Assembly: GCA_964276515.1 (NCBI GenBank)
Contig: OZ193909.1
Location: 11,098,001 to 11,162,000, forward strand
Source of the DNA: Gordius albopunctatus
Taxonomy: Eukaryota
Reading direction: 5' to 3'
DNA: 64,000 nucleotides
Positions 11,946 through 25,200 of the stretch are shown one piece after another. Under the pieces are notes generated by a model that was given only the letters and a program-made list of their open reading frames with translations, did not search any database and was not told the DNA's origin. Position numbers and translations under genes: made by a program. Position 1 is the first letter of the stretch. Each line of letters opens with the position of its first letter.

Positions 11946-13578
11946 TATTTAAATAAAATCTGACCCGATAGTGTAGATGCTATCATATTTATATATCTCT
12001 ATAATAAATTATTCAAATAAATTTAGTAAATCAAAATTTGTGCTATCAATTTATGGTTTGATAAATCGCACTTTACTTTGTCGATTCAATTTTAAACACC
12101 CTCATGGGCGTAGCCAGGATTGAAATTAGAGGGGAGAAAGAATGATTAAGAGAGGGGCATAATAACCATTTTTTAAATTTTAGCCATGATTTGATCAAAT
12201 ATCTAGATTTTTTGTAATTTAAAATTATTCACATATTAAAATAAAAATCACAGGGGAATATATGGTAATTCGATTCCAATAAAATGTTAAGTATATTCTA
12301 TGTTGTAGCCTATTAAATTTGTCCAATAGGCGGTCGGGAGCGCTGGATGGTAGGGGCACATTAAATTTAATAAAAAGTTTCGATTTAGAAAAATTATCAT
12401 ATATTTTTAAAGATTCATCATTATTATTAGAATTAATAAAAGTGTGAATGCACTCTTGGATCCTTTCCCACTTTGAAAGTTTAAAAAATCTAACCTAGTA
12501 GATTCAACTAGGTCCTGGTCCTGTCGTTCTTCCTGGTGAGAGATTAATGAAATAATATAATTTAAGGTGCCTGACCTCCAATTCGTTTTAAAAATTTGAT
12601 GGATTATATTAGCAACCAAATTATCCAAACTATATAAATTGGGAAATCCAAAGTATTTTTAATTAAATATGTCTATTTTTGTAACTTTTATGAACCCCTT
12701 TAATATCGCCTCTATAAAGGTTGACATCACTTTATATTCAGTAAATTCATGTTTATGAAAATAATAAATTATGAGACTTGTAGTTTTATTATATGGATTA
12801 TCTATTCGAAATAGTAATTACTTATCTGCGAAGGAAACTAAAATTTAAAGCGATGAACAAAAACTAGATGTTTAACCATATTAATTCATTTAATTAATAA
12901 TTTTTAAATTTTATAAAAAGGAACTGTAACTTTTGAATAGTTATTGAATTAATGCAACTAACTATAATTAAAGGTCCTCTGAAGTAAAAGTAACTGATTT
13001 CACCTTCTGAAGAAAAGGAACTGGTTATAACAAGAATGAATTCTCCCATATGATTATTACTCCTTCTAAAAATATAGATTCAAATAGATCTAAAATTTGA
13101 AGGTATTATAAAATGGCTATGGGAGTAGGAGTTCTGAAAATAGAATGATTTCTTATAACTAAAAACCTTAATTTAAACACGCAAAGCATCTTTTTTTCTT
13201 TCGTATAAAATTATCATTATACTATCTTCTTCTGCATCCCCCAAAACTGTCATGGCTTCTAAATCCTATATCAAGAGTATTATTTATTACGTCTATTAAG
13301 TTAAGGAACGATAATTTTAGCTGTCTCATACGATATTGGGTTCCTACCATTAATACCTGCAGTATTTACGAAAAGGGATATGAAATAATAAAATTGCAAT
13401 GTTTTAGGAAACAACTGAAAATAGGACATCTATACGCGGAACTAACAACCATTTAATTTATGTATTGCTTAATTATACTAACAACAATGACTTAAGTATA
13501 TTAGTTAAACGTCATAACTCTATACTAGTACAAGTTATTCAATTGTTATTAAGTTCATTGTAAAATAATTTGCTTGTG

Positions 13579-15021
13579 ATGTTTGACTTTTGTAAATTCT
13601 TAAAGTGCAAAAATGTAAAAAATGTTGAAGATGGGTCCTCATACGCAAGAGCGAAAGCTAAAAAGCAGGGAGAAATCATTTTTTACCTGAAAAAAGATTT
13701 GAATAAAGAAAAAAGTCTTTGCGGTATCAGCAGTGATAGCCATGAAAAAGTTCCTGGGAAAAGTAGTAAGAATGGAGGTTTGAATAAGATAAGAAGATTC
13801 TTACATGACATAAATTTAACAAAGAAAAAGAAATTGACGAGTGAAGAACAGTCGGGAACGACTAATTCTAGTAAATATTGTGGAATGTGTAATAACAATG
13901 ATAATAACTCCATTCAGGGTAATTTCATGTTAAAGGACGAGATAATTATAACAAATTACAGATGGCAAGATTCGAAGCCAGATCTAATGGCTGATTTAGA
14001 TAAATGGGGCAAAAAATACCCATTATATACGATATGGGAAGATGTCAGAGAATACAATAACGTCATGGAAATAGAGTCCCATGAAATAGAAAAAAAATTG
14101 AACGAAAATTCAGATAACGATCATGAGGCAAGAAATAATGGCGAGAGAGACCTAACTATAAATAATGATATATTTGAACTAGAGGACGATGATGCAAGGA
14201 ATTCCACCCTCTATAAAGCGCAAAGTGATAAAGTTGGTATTACGAGTGTTCTGAAAAATGATAACGTCCTTAGAAAAGCAAGAAATAATTTGTTAAGGTG
14301 GAAAGTTGAGAATGAAAAGAATGGAAATGAAAATCAAAAGTTTGAGGCCAAAATAAGAGGACCTAATAAAATTGGATTGACAATGTACAACGAATTGCTT
14401 AAATTAAATGCTGCCGTCAAAAATCTATTCGTGGAAGAAATAATGGAAGACGACATTAATTCCAAACCTTTAATCAATAATAATGTTACAAGAGATAAAA
14501 CATCGGATAAATATACTTATGAGAAAAAGAATAAAGGGGCGAATGATCCCGCTCCTACACAGATTCGAAAAGAATATGTTGCAGACTATCCAAAGTTAAC
14601 GCCAATCCCGGGCGCACATTTGGATAGCGCATGGCCACCAGAACCCACCCTTATAAAACAGCCGACATTTGAAAAGAATTATGCCTTAAAAGAATATCAA
14701 ATTAAAAGAGCTTTAGAAAAACGAAGTGATGAAAACATCGAGAACAGACTATTGATAAAATTAAATTTAAACGAAGACGATGATATTAATAATGAAAGTT
14801 TATATGATGAGATAAAACTTAACAGTGATTCTATTAGGGTTTCAAGCTTCGCGTGCGAGTCCATTGCCATTCCTTCACTTTCTACCTGTGAATCGTTGCT
14901 AATAGACAAGGGTATCAAACCGGCTCACAAGATGAAATATCGAAAAAGAATAACGTCCTTTTTCAACAACTTGTTTCACGTCAAAGATGACGACCACGAC
15001 GTAAGTATCATAGATTTATAA
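13579..15021 (+). CDS. Intronless hypothetical protein, about 480 aa, N/K/D/E-rich
   Basis: 1.44-kb open frame in very AT-rich DNA; first ATG at 13579 (MFDFCKFLKCK); no domain recognised. Confidence 0.65.
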   Translation: MFDFCKFLKCKNVKNVEDGSSYARAKAKKQGEIIFYLKKDLNKEKSLCGISSDSHEKVPGKSSKNGGLNKIRRFLHDINLTKKKKLTSEEQSGTTNSSKYCGMCNNNDNNSIQGNFMLKDEIIITNYRWQDSKPDLMADLDKWGKKYPLYTIWEDVREYNNVMEIESHEIEKKLNENSDNDHEARNNGERDLTINNDIFELEDDDARNSTLYKAQSDKVGITSVLKNDNVLRKARNNLLRWKVENEKNGNENQKFEAKIRGPNKIGLTMYNELLKLNAAVKNLFVEEIMEDDINSKPLINNNVTRDKTSDKYTYEKKNKGANDPAPTQIRKEYVADYPKLTPIPGAHLDSAWPPEPTLIKQPTFEKNYALKEYQIKRALEKRSDENIENRLLIKLNLNEDDDINNESLYDEIKLNSDSIRVSSFACESIAIPSLSTCESLLIDKGIKPAHKMKYRKRITSFFNNLFHVKDDDHDVSIIDL

Positions 15022-16210
15022 AATTAACATTTTACCAAATGGTATATCTAATTTTTTAGTTCTGATTTTTTTAAATATTCAATTTTATATAAAATTATCC
15101 TTTTTACCTAAATTCTATAAATTTACATGCACTTTAGTAAAATATATGCTATATAAACATATCCTATATATTATCTATGCAGATATTTTAATATTGCTAT
15201 TTATTTTGATATAAATTAGAACTATGAAGTTACAAATATTCCAACAAAGAAAAATAAAGATGCTTCTAATGGACAATTTAAGCAAGGCTGTTGCAGCTGG
15301 CAAAGCTGTCATAATAAAAATTAAAGCCAAATAAAATGGAGAATCTAAGCATACTTTTTCGGTTAAAGAACGAATGGTGGAAAGTTCATTTAAAAATATA
15401 TCCAAACCACTCTGAAATAGCTTCAAATTATTTGAAGCAAGCGTTTACATAATTTCCATAGGAAAGGGTCTTTTCATCAACCGTCAATACGCTGACATAA
15501 TCTTTGTTGAGTCCAATTTTGTCTGAAGAGTTGAGTTTTAAAAGATTTATACCTTTCATTTGCTTTCTAAAATATAATTATTTGTATTATTTTTTGCTTG
15601 GCTTGTTACGAGTTTAACTTGCATGGTTGTATGGTTACCTAGGTAATTTGAATAAAGCAACTCGATCATCAGTTACCTAGGAAAATACTTAACCTTTACT
15701 TTTCGAGCACTCACAAACCTCACTATTCATATATCTTAACCTCATTATTTGACTACTACTTATAATTTAAATACCTCGTTATTCACCATTATTATTCACA
15801 CAAATAACCTCGCCAGATGTGTATATAAACACGACGTTTTATTTAAAAGCATTCACTTGAATCATTTTGGTTAGATTAAATTAGAAACTTATTTCTCTAC
15901 AGTTGCATAGTACAGCACCCAGCTTGTTGACAATGCCAACTAATAAAAAATTTAACACCCGTAGGCATAGATCGATGTCATACTCAATCACCCATTGAGA
16001 CTCCTTAAAGGAAAATATACCAGCACTGATTTGATTATTTAAGCCACCACAACACAACTCACAACTAACTGAAAGGTCTTTTCAAAATGAGGAGACTGTT
16101 ATTGACGTTATCGCCCCTTTATTAATTCAAAAATCGCTGCTGTCTACTAAGCAGTCTTTCATCGAAAGTGTTAATAACAAAACTTCTACATCTATATACA
16201 TACATACATT

Positions 16211-19200
16211 ATGGCTTCACCTGTTGAAGTTCTCAATGGAATATTAAATGAATGGCATGAAAAGTCAAGAAGCGAAGGCTTTATACCGTTGAAAACTTTA
16301 GAGAGGTAGTTTTCATAATTAAAATTTTTAATTTTTATTAGTTTATGTGAGGTTGTTGAAGAGCAAACCGATATCTTTTACAAAGGTGATCCTGATCCAT
16401 TCGATGAAAGACATCCTGGTAAATCAATTTAAAAAATATGAATGTTGAAATAATTTTTATTTTGTAAAATGTTTTAATCTTACAGCAAGGATAGATCCAG
16501 AAGGTGGGTTGGGACTTGTCCTGAAAGCTATTTTGAAACATGATGATTTCATGAACAAATTGGTTAATGACTATATGAATTTTAGAAATTATTCACCCCA
16601 AGGTGAAAATTCTGTTTTATCAGCATCATGCAGGTTGTTTCTTGATATACTTCCTGGAATGGAAACATCCTTTGTTTTATCTGAAGCGGTATATAAATTC
16701 TTGATTAATTTATTTTGCCTTATTAGGATGGCTTGTTGAATCGATTATATGAATGGGCAGAAAAGGCTGAAGAACCTTTGTCGTCATATGCAATTGGAAT
16801 TATATCTTCTGCAATGGAAATACAAGAATTAGCTGGTGAATCTAAAGAAAAAAATGCCAGACTAGTAAAGAATACTCTGTTTCTATATTAAACAAATATG
16901 TTTAGGTCCCTATTTTGCTTAAAAAGCTAAAAACCCTATTATCCACTGACTCAGATTTTATAGAAAATAATTCTGTTAATAAACCATTTACAGCTATATT
17001 TGGACAAATATCTAATTTTAATCAAAATATTATTCATGATGACGTTAGCCAAGGATTTAAAAGGAAAAAGTCTAATTCTCCTAGATTTTTATCTAATTCT
17101 ATTCTTAAAGAGAATGACTCTAAAAAACGTATCAAAATTAATGAAAGCGGGGATCATATTCAAGTAACCTTACTCTATTTGCAATTTCATAAATTTTATA
17201 AGGATACTAATAGTAACTCAAATTGGGCTGATATGCAGCCACACATTATTGGCTCATATAAAATGAGCCCGTTGACTTCAGAAATGAAACAAAGAATTAT
17301 TTTAAAATATTTAACTGCTTTAGGAGGTTACCAAGAAGTATAACTAAAGTTTTAATACAATTACAAATATTTAAGCATGTCCCTGCAATTTTTGAACATG
17401 ATGCCTTAAATCTCCTGTTTGATTTTATTGAAATGGCCTCATCACCAAATTTTCACGATGCATGTTTAACATTTAAGTCACTTCACTATTTAGCCAGCTT
17501 ATTTGTGCACAAGAAGTTTGCTTTAGCATTTATTAATGCAGGGGGACTTCAAAAACTCTTAAATATTTGTCGTCCATCCATGGCTGCTACTGGGGTATCA
17601 TTATGCCTATATTATCTTGCCTACTATGAGGAAGCTATGGAGAAGGTAGTGTTTGTGATGCATTTGTAATTAATTATAATAATATGGCATTATCTATTTT
17701 CATTATTCATTATTAATATATTTTTAGATATGTCAATTGCCCCATTCTACATTGCAAAAATTAGTTGAGTAAGACATTATTGTTAACAACTTTAAATTTA
17801 CTTTTATAATTCTACATATAATTTATCACAGATATGTTTTGTGGCTGTTAGTTTGCTCACACCAATCTGGACGTACACATGCAGTTTTATTTTTTTCTGT
17901 ATCATTCTCATTCAAAGTTATTGTGGATATATTTGATTCCCAAGATGGATTAAGGAAACTTTTTAATATAGTAACATAAAAATTTTGCATTTTATACATT
18001 GATTTAAGTTGAGCACCCTGGATATTCTGAATAATGAAATTGAAACAGCTTTTATGTCGGAAGATGATTTATTTGTAAAAAGGCAATCTTGTAGATATAC
18101 AATAATTGCTCTCAAAAAATATTTTGAGACACACTTTTTGCTTTTATCTTCACAAAGTTACAAATATGGCCAAAACAATAATAATGAAATTGCTGTGAAT
18201 GTAGCAGACGTAGAGATGGACAACAGCAATCATTCTGGTTCTAATTTTAGTATACTAACTGTTGACACCCGAAATCAATCTTTGAATGATTCTAAGCCTT
18301 TGTCAATCACTTACAAAGTAATAATAATTATTTTTTGTCCCAATGAACATTGTTTTATTTATGTTTTGTTTAGCCTGTGAAATCAACACCTCAAATACTG
18401 TTATCTGCCATGAAAACCATAGCTGATTTATACACTAGCCTTAATGACTGGAAGCCAATGCAAGAATTTTTATGTTTGGGAGGCATACCCTTGTTATTAA
18501 AGATCATAATGCTTGCTGGTGATTGGATGTTCCATGGACGGTTTGCAACATTAATATCATCTAAAATATATAATTAATAATTGACGCATCTTATATCTTT
18601 TTGCATTTTTCTTTCAGGGCAGAGTTAGTGCGCAATGCGCTGGATATCCTAAAGTTCGCAACCTTCATACAGCCCTCAATTCAATTGCAATTGTGCAAAT
18701 CTCTCAATTTTTCGTTTGGCGACGAATCGCACCAGTCCAGTTTGACTGGTATATCTACCATCCTAATGATGGCTGAAGGTACTATCGTTAGTGATCCCGA
18801 AGCTCAGAAAAGTGCATTGTCGGTCATTATCAATTGTGTGTCTGGTCAAGTTAATGGCTTAAAGGTATGTGTTTAGAGGTATTATTGCATGTAAACACAA
18901 AATTATATTTCGAATAGACTCCTGTTTTAATAAACAACAAGCGGAGATCGACGAAATCTTCCGAGGATGTGCTACATAAAATGTGGAAATCTATTCGTGA
19001 TAATAATGGATTAATGGTGAGTAGTAGCGTGGTATCGTGTACAACTTTTTATTTCGATGTCTATTTTAAAATATATGATGCTTAAATGTTTATTAAAATA
19101 GGTTTTACTGAATCTTTTGTCTATCAAGACTCCACTTACAGATGCTGACGAAATACGATACCTGGCATGTAAAGTGAGTATCATTTACACAAATATTTTT

Positions 19201-22200
19201 AAATTTGAAAAGAACCCTTTTAAAAGGTCTCCCCCTATCGTCTCCAAGTCATTTTTTAAAATTTTTACGACCTTAATTTCGGGAAGAGAGATTCTTATAC
19301 AATGCTATAATTAATTTCAAACTTGTATTTAGGCATTGTATGGGTTGATGCGTAGCGAAACTTTGCTTCAAATCGCGTCTAAATTGCCCATATTTAACAA
19401 CGGCCAATTACAACACCTAATGAAGGAACCGGTGCTCCAGGATAATCTAGCTATACACCTACAATTTTGCCAATACGCTAAGCAACTGCTGCAAACAATA
19501 AAGGGTCAAAAGTACGTCAACTTACAAGACATATATAAAATATTTAATTAACAATTTTCTGCATAATTTTTGACTCTTAGTGGATTCCCCGCCTTTGAGA
19601 TAATGCATTACTTTTAAAAACTAATGAACTCAGTCAACTAAAATATTTTGGGCGAAAAAATAATACCCCTTCTTCATTCTATGACGTTTTCTAGATCACC
19701 TTCAATCGCGCACCTCTCCCTGGATCAAATGCATCGCGCTAACGTGGTTGCCCAGACCAAAATAAATTTCAGCAAGAAGGAGTTATTGCACCTCATGTAC
19801 AATTACCTGCTGGAACAAGGCCTCAAAGCATCCTCTTCCGCCTTGATCGAAGAGGCTTGGGACGTACTCTTTTCTGCCAACTCCGACGACGTCACGTCAT
19901 CGATGACTTTTGGCATTTGTTTGCCACCTAACAATTACCTCAACGCATTAACCAACTCGCAGCAACCGTACGGCCCTATCGCCTCGAGGAATGGGATATC
20001 GCAAAATGGTCCCAACAATTACGTTCACATGAAACCCTTCCCTTCCAGAACAGCCGCCTTCAAATGCATCACTAAAAGCCTTTGTGACTCCGAAAGTCCC
20101 AAAGCCAACGACAGTTCCAATGCTAACGGTACCCTTAAAAAGAGTAACGAAGAGCGCGATGCTGTTACACATCTCACTTCACCACAACCTGCACCGGGGA
20201 GCATTGATACCGTTATTACCCATCGGCGTAGTAGTAAAAAAAAGGTGGGCCGCAAGAAGGGAGATAAAAGTCAGGAAAAAACCGAGAACGAACCTATCGA
20301 TCCCCCCTCCATAAAAAAGAGTAAAGGAGAAAAGTTGAAACTTAAATTATCCATTCATACACCTTGCTCTAATCCAAAAGCTAGAATTCTATATAATACG
20401 CCCAAGGCAACTCCTTCGTTCAATGGGTCGTTTACAGAAGTTTCTGAAGTGAGGCCTAATAATAACCTCTCTCTAACATCTACCGGCCCTTCGATTAATG
20501 CCAACCAAAGTGAGGGTAAAAAACCGAATTGGCAGAGGAGTGATAGCATTTTCTATCAACAAAGTCCTGCTTTGAGGTTAGTTTAGCTTTCCCTTAAAAT
20601 TTCCATCTCGTTTTTAAAAGTTGTTCTCTTGTAATTTAATAGCTTTACAGCGTTACAAAAAATGAATTGATATTAACTGTTGTGTTTTTCCCCGTAGGAA
20701 ACTGCATAATATGCAGCGGTTAGGGGAAACGAGTATCAAATTGGAGAACATAATTACGGAATATCTCAGGGAACAGCATTCGCACTGTCAAAATCCTATG
20801 GGAACTTGTCCCCCATTTTCCCTCTTAGCTCCTCATCAATGCCCCATCCCCCGAAACAGTCGATCAGCATCACTCAATATCACCAAAAGGCATTCTCACA
20901 TTCCCGTAAGAATGATCTCTTCTAACTTTTCTATCCTGATTATATTGTCTATGCGCTTTTATAGATTTTTCCACTGTTCGGAGGCTTGGATGGAAAGTTG
21001 CTGGATAAAAAATACGTGTACAGCCGTTTGAAGGGAAATAAAGTTATTAAAGATCCCGAAGAAGAAGCACTATTTACGTGCTGCACATTTCAAAAGGTAA
21101 GCTAAAATGCACGCCGCAAAAATTGTTTTTTTACTATAACCATAAATAAGTCTTTTGGGAGCCAAAACTTACGTTTTTATGTTAAGCATTTGACCGCGAT
21201 TCAAAATATGAATTACAAAAGTTTTTGGTGGCTTTTATGATTTAATTTTTCAAGTTCTATCACCAAAAATCCTGGTCACACTTGTGATTTTTGTAAACTT
21301 GTAATTGTCTGCTGAATACCTTAAATTGTAGTCTGTTAAGAGTTAATTATTTTCTCAAATTTTGTAAAATCCGCATCACCTTTCTTAAGTTGATAAACTA
21401 TTTATATTGTGACAGCGTCTTTAATAGTTTTAAAAATAGTTGAGAACAAATGCGACGAGCCATATTTTCAAGTATAAGATTGAGATCAATCTATTTAGTC
21501 TCACCCTTTTAGAATCATTAAAATTGTAACACTAATCCCACGCCACCTAAATAATAATTTTTTTCTTTCTGATTGGGAAAGGTTTGTTAGACCAGGAACA
21601 AATCTAAATTAATTAGCATCACACGTAAAAACCCCTTCATTGAAAATCGTTTTTAATTTTGAAATGAGTTTAAAATTTTATTATAAACCTAACCCCCCCC
21701 CCGTCCGACCTGCTTCAGTAATAAAATTTTTCACCTTTATCTCGACTCAAGCTTGAATATTAAATTTCCCGTTCATTTTTTAGGGCAACGCCAACGTGAT
21801 ATACATCGGTACGGAAGCTGGGGAAATTAGGACGTATAACGTAGAAACGGGAGCCGAGGACACGACATACGTCCTAGGCAACATTATAAACCCCATCCAT
21901 TGGTGCCGGGTGGCTCCCACCCATTCTACCATTGGTAGCTCTGCCCTCACCACTGACAAGAATGACTCCATAATTGCCACGTACTCCTTCGAACAGTGGA
22001 GACCTTGTGCTTACGTGTGGAACCTTGCCGATACCACCCAGCACAAATACCTGTTCGAGAATTGCCATCACCCCGTCTTCAATAACAGCGGTTTGACATC
22101 GCGCCTCTTGGCCACGGAAAATGAGAAAGCTCACGTAACTTTACCCTTTTAAATACCCCCATCTGTAGCTAGAGGTTTTTATACTTCTGCTATAATTGAT

Positions 22201-25200
22201 ACTAAACTTTTTATATTTGACTTGAGTAAAAATCTGTTTCTTACGTTTGACCTTGTGTCGGCTTTATTAAGTTTTGGCTTTGACGTGTTTTTTCTCCCTC
22301 AATCCTCTGGACCTGGCTGCTTGTGAATGATTTTAACATATAACGTGTTTTAGATATATGATTTGTACACGGGGACGAAGATTGTAACGTTATACGATGC
22401 ATCTCTCAGCAATATGTATGCCAAAAATAGGGCCGTGTTTAACCTTACTGACGATTACGTTCTCTCCGATGGTATCCTGTGGGATTCTGAGAGTGGTCAT
22501 GCCGTTCACAAGTTTGACAAACTTAATCCCAACATTAGTGGCGTATTTCATCCTAACGGCTTTGAAGTCATCATAAACACCGAAGTGGTAAACGATATGA
22601 TTTTTAATTTGTCGCATGACACATCTATGGGCTTGTCTTAATATCGGATTTTGTTGCGCAACAAAAATAGCTGTGTCCTAACTTCGAATTCAGAGCAGAT
22701 TTGCATTTCAGACGCATAACATAACAGCGATTTTGTAAGATGCAAATTTTTCCCTAAGCTTAAATGTTGTATGTTGTTAAATTCGTAGGTATCAACAAAG
22801 TTTAGATTTAATATCAAGAGTTGAAATAAATAAAAAAAAACGTTTTTAACTATCAAAAAACAAAATATTAATGATTACAACCGAGTTTCACTCATGAAAA
22901 TGAATAGGATATTTAGGCAAACATAAATTCGCGCAATTTGTATCTGAATCCGATATTAAGACAAGCCCTATAACGTATTTTGCGGATTTACAGTGGGATA
23001 TGCGAACTTACAAGTTGCTCAACACCGTTCCCTCATTGGATCAATGCCGAATTAATTTTAATCCCACCAACGATATCATATACGCTTGTAAGTTCCCTAT
23101 TTATCCAAGAAATTTTGAACATTACATTATGTCGGATGCAAAAATTGTATGTTAATAAACATGTTTTTAAGAATTCCCCATTGATTTCTTTTGCCAAATT
23201 AGTACTAGTTTCCGTTTTAGCGAATTTTTACAAACATTTGAATGTTTATAATTTTAACACGGGTTAAGTGAAAAAAATTTTGGCATTGAGTTGAAATTTG
23301 CGAATTTCACATTGTAATACCATTTTTAAGTCTTGTTAGGGTTAAAAGTTTGGCCTACCACATTAATCAGGCACCCGCGATATTTAGCATTAAACCTAAT
23401 TTTATTTCCTCCTACAACAGTGCTTCACGTGGAAAACGAAGATGAAATAGGTGGAGTCGGGACGGATGACGAATTTGGGATGAAATCCTGTTTCGATACC
23501 TCAGTTAGGGTTCTTGATGCCAACACCTACACCTCGCTAGTTACCGTGGATACGCGCAAAACCATATTTGACCTGTGCCCCGACACTTGCAATAAGTACG
23601 TGGCCATCGTGGAAAGTTGTAGCAAGGACAACGCCTTAGACGCTCTCTTACCCCGTCACGACGATGACGACGACCGTTTGTGTAGGCTATACGAAATTGG
23701 TCGTTCCAAGGACGTGCAACAAGAAGTATTATATCACCCATAAATCTTTGTGAAAATTTAATTGTTAGAGAAAATGCAATCTTACCATATTGGTTCCGTT
23801 CAAGTCAATCGTGGTTTGACTTAAATGTTAGCTCTTTGCTTTTGTATACTTAATTTGTATTTGTCAAAAATTTAAGGCTGAAGAAGAAGAAACTGAAGGG
23901 GAGCATGAACTTGACTCAGATGGTTCGAGCGACGAAGATGATGATGAATACGACGATTACACCATCACCGACCCATCCGATTACACATCCAATACAAGTA
24001 AAATCATTATCATTAATTGCTAACCAATTTTCGCGTCATCTCAGGAAAGATAGTCTGTTTTTTTGTCCCCCCCCTTTCATACTAGCAATTATCTGTGCCC
24101 TATTCATTCAACGCTGCACTACCATCACCCCCGCCTCTCTCATCTATGTTTAAACTCTATAAGGGGGCTAAGACTAGGTTGGAATACCCTATGAGGTTGA
24201 GAGATAAGAGCCCTAGGGCTCTTATCGAGTGTATTTGTCGAAGCAGCTAGGGCTCTTATCTCTCAACCTCATAGGGTATTCCAACCTAGTCTTAGCCCCC
24301 TTCGCAAAGGATATATTTTACATAAAAAATTTAGAATTTTTTAACAGGTAAAGTGTTTCATAAATATCATGCATTAGCATTGTCGATTAATCAATAGATT
24401 TTGTGTTTGGGAGACCTAAAAATTCCACCATCAATAATATTTGAATTTTTACTGCCTCTTCCCGCCCATAATTGCATAGCAAATAAATATACTGCTTCTC
24501 TACGTAGTAAGAGGCTAGTCCAGGAGCGTAGCCCCTCGCGAGGTCTGAACGACTAATTTTTAATATTAAAATGAAATCCATTTGCCTTATTTAAATTATA
24601 GCATGTCCGAACTAATTATAAAATGTTACAGCTGAAGTGTACCTTCTTTAATCATTCCTTTACGTGTAATAATTTACTATTGCTACAAACTTACAGCTAA
24701 TAAAATTTGATTGAATGCAGAGGGAAAGAGGGAGATATTAAAGAGAAGATTTTGCGATAGTTCACTCGTAAATTTTATATAATTACCTATGAGCAATGAA
24801 ATACATGTTTTTAAGGTAATATTTTATACTTCTCTTTTTTATTTATTAGACGACGATGAGGATTCATCTTACGAAACTATCTCATCTGACGAATCAAATG
24901 CTAATTCCAGGTCATCGCGAAGGCCCCAAAGTAATATGACAACGACTACATCCACCAGTAGTACTTTGTACAATTTAAACGATCCTGTCCTTTCTGCCGC
25001 TACGCGCAGTCGCAATTCTCACAGGAGCTCTGGGCGAAGAAATAGAGGAGGTTGTTTTCATACATTTGTAGTCAACAACTTTAATTAAATACTTTTTTGA
25101 AAAGTTGAGATAGATATCGGCTATTGAATTTAAAATTACCAAATTGAGAGCATAAGCGCTATCATGACATTGACTCGTAGATTTGATATGTGTGTAAATC

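Noticed and set aside
19948..20549. Antisense and alternative-frame ORFs over DCAF1 (likewise over DRG1 and RepHel)
   Set aside because: Shadow ORFs of GC-richer coding sequence
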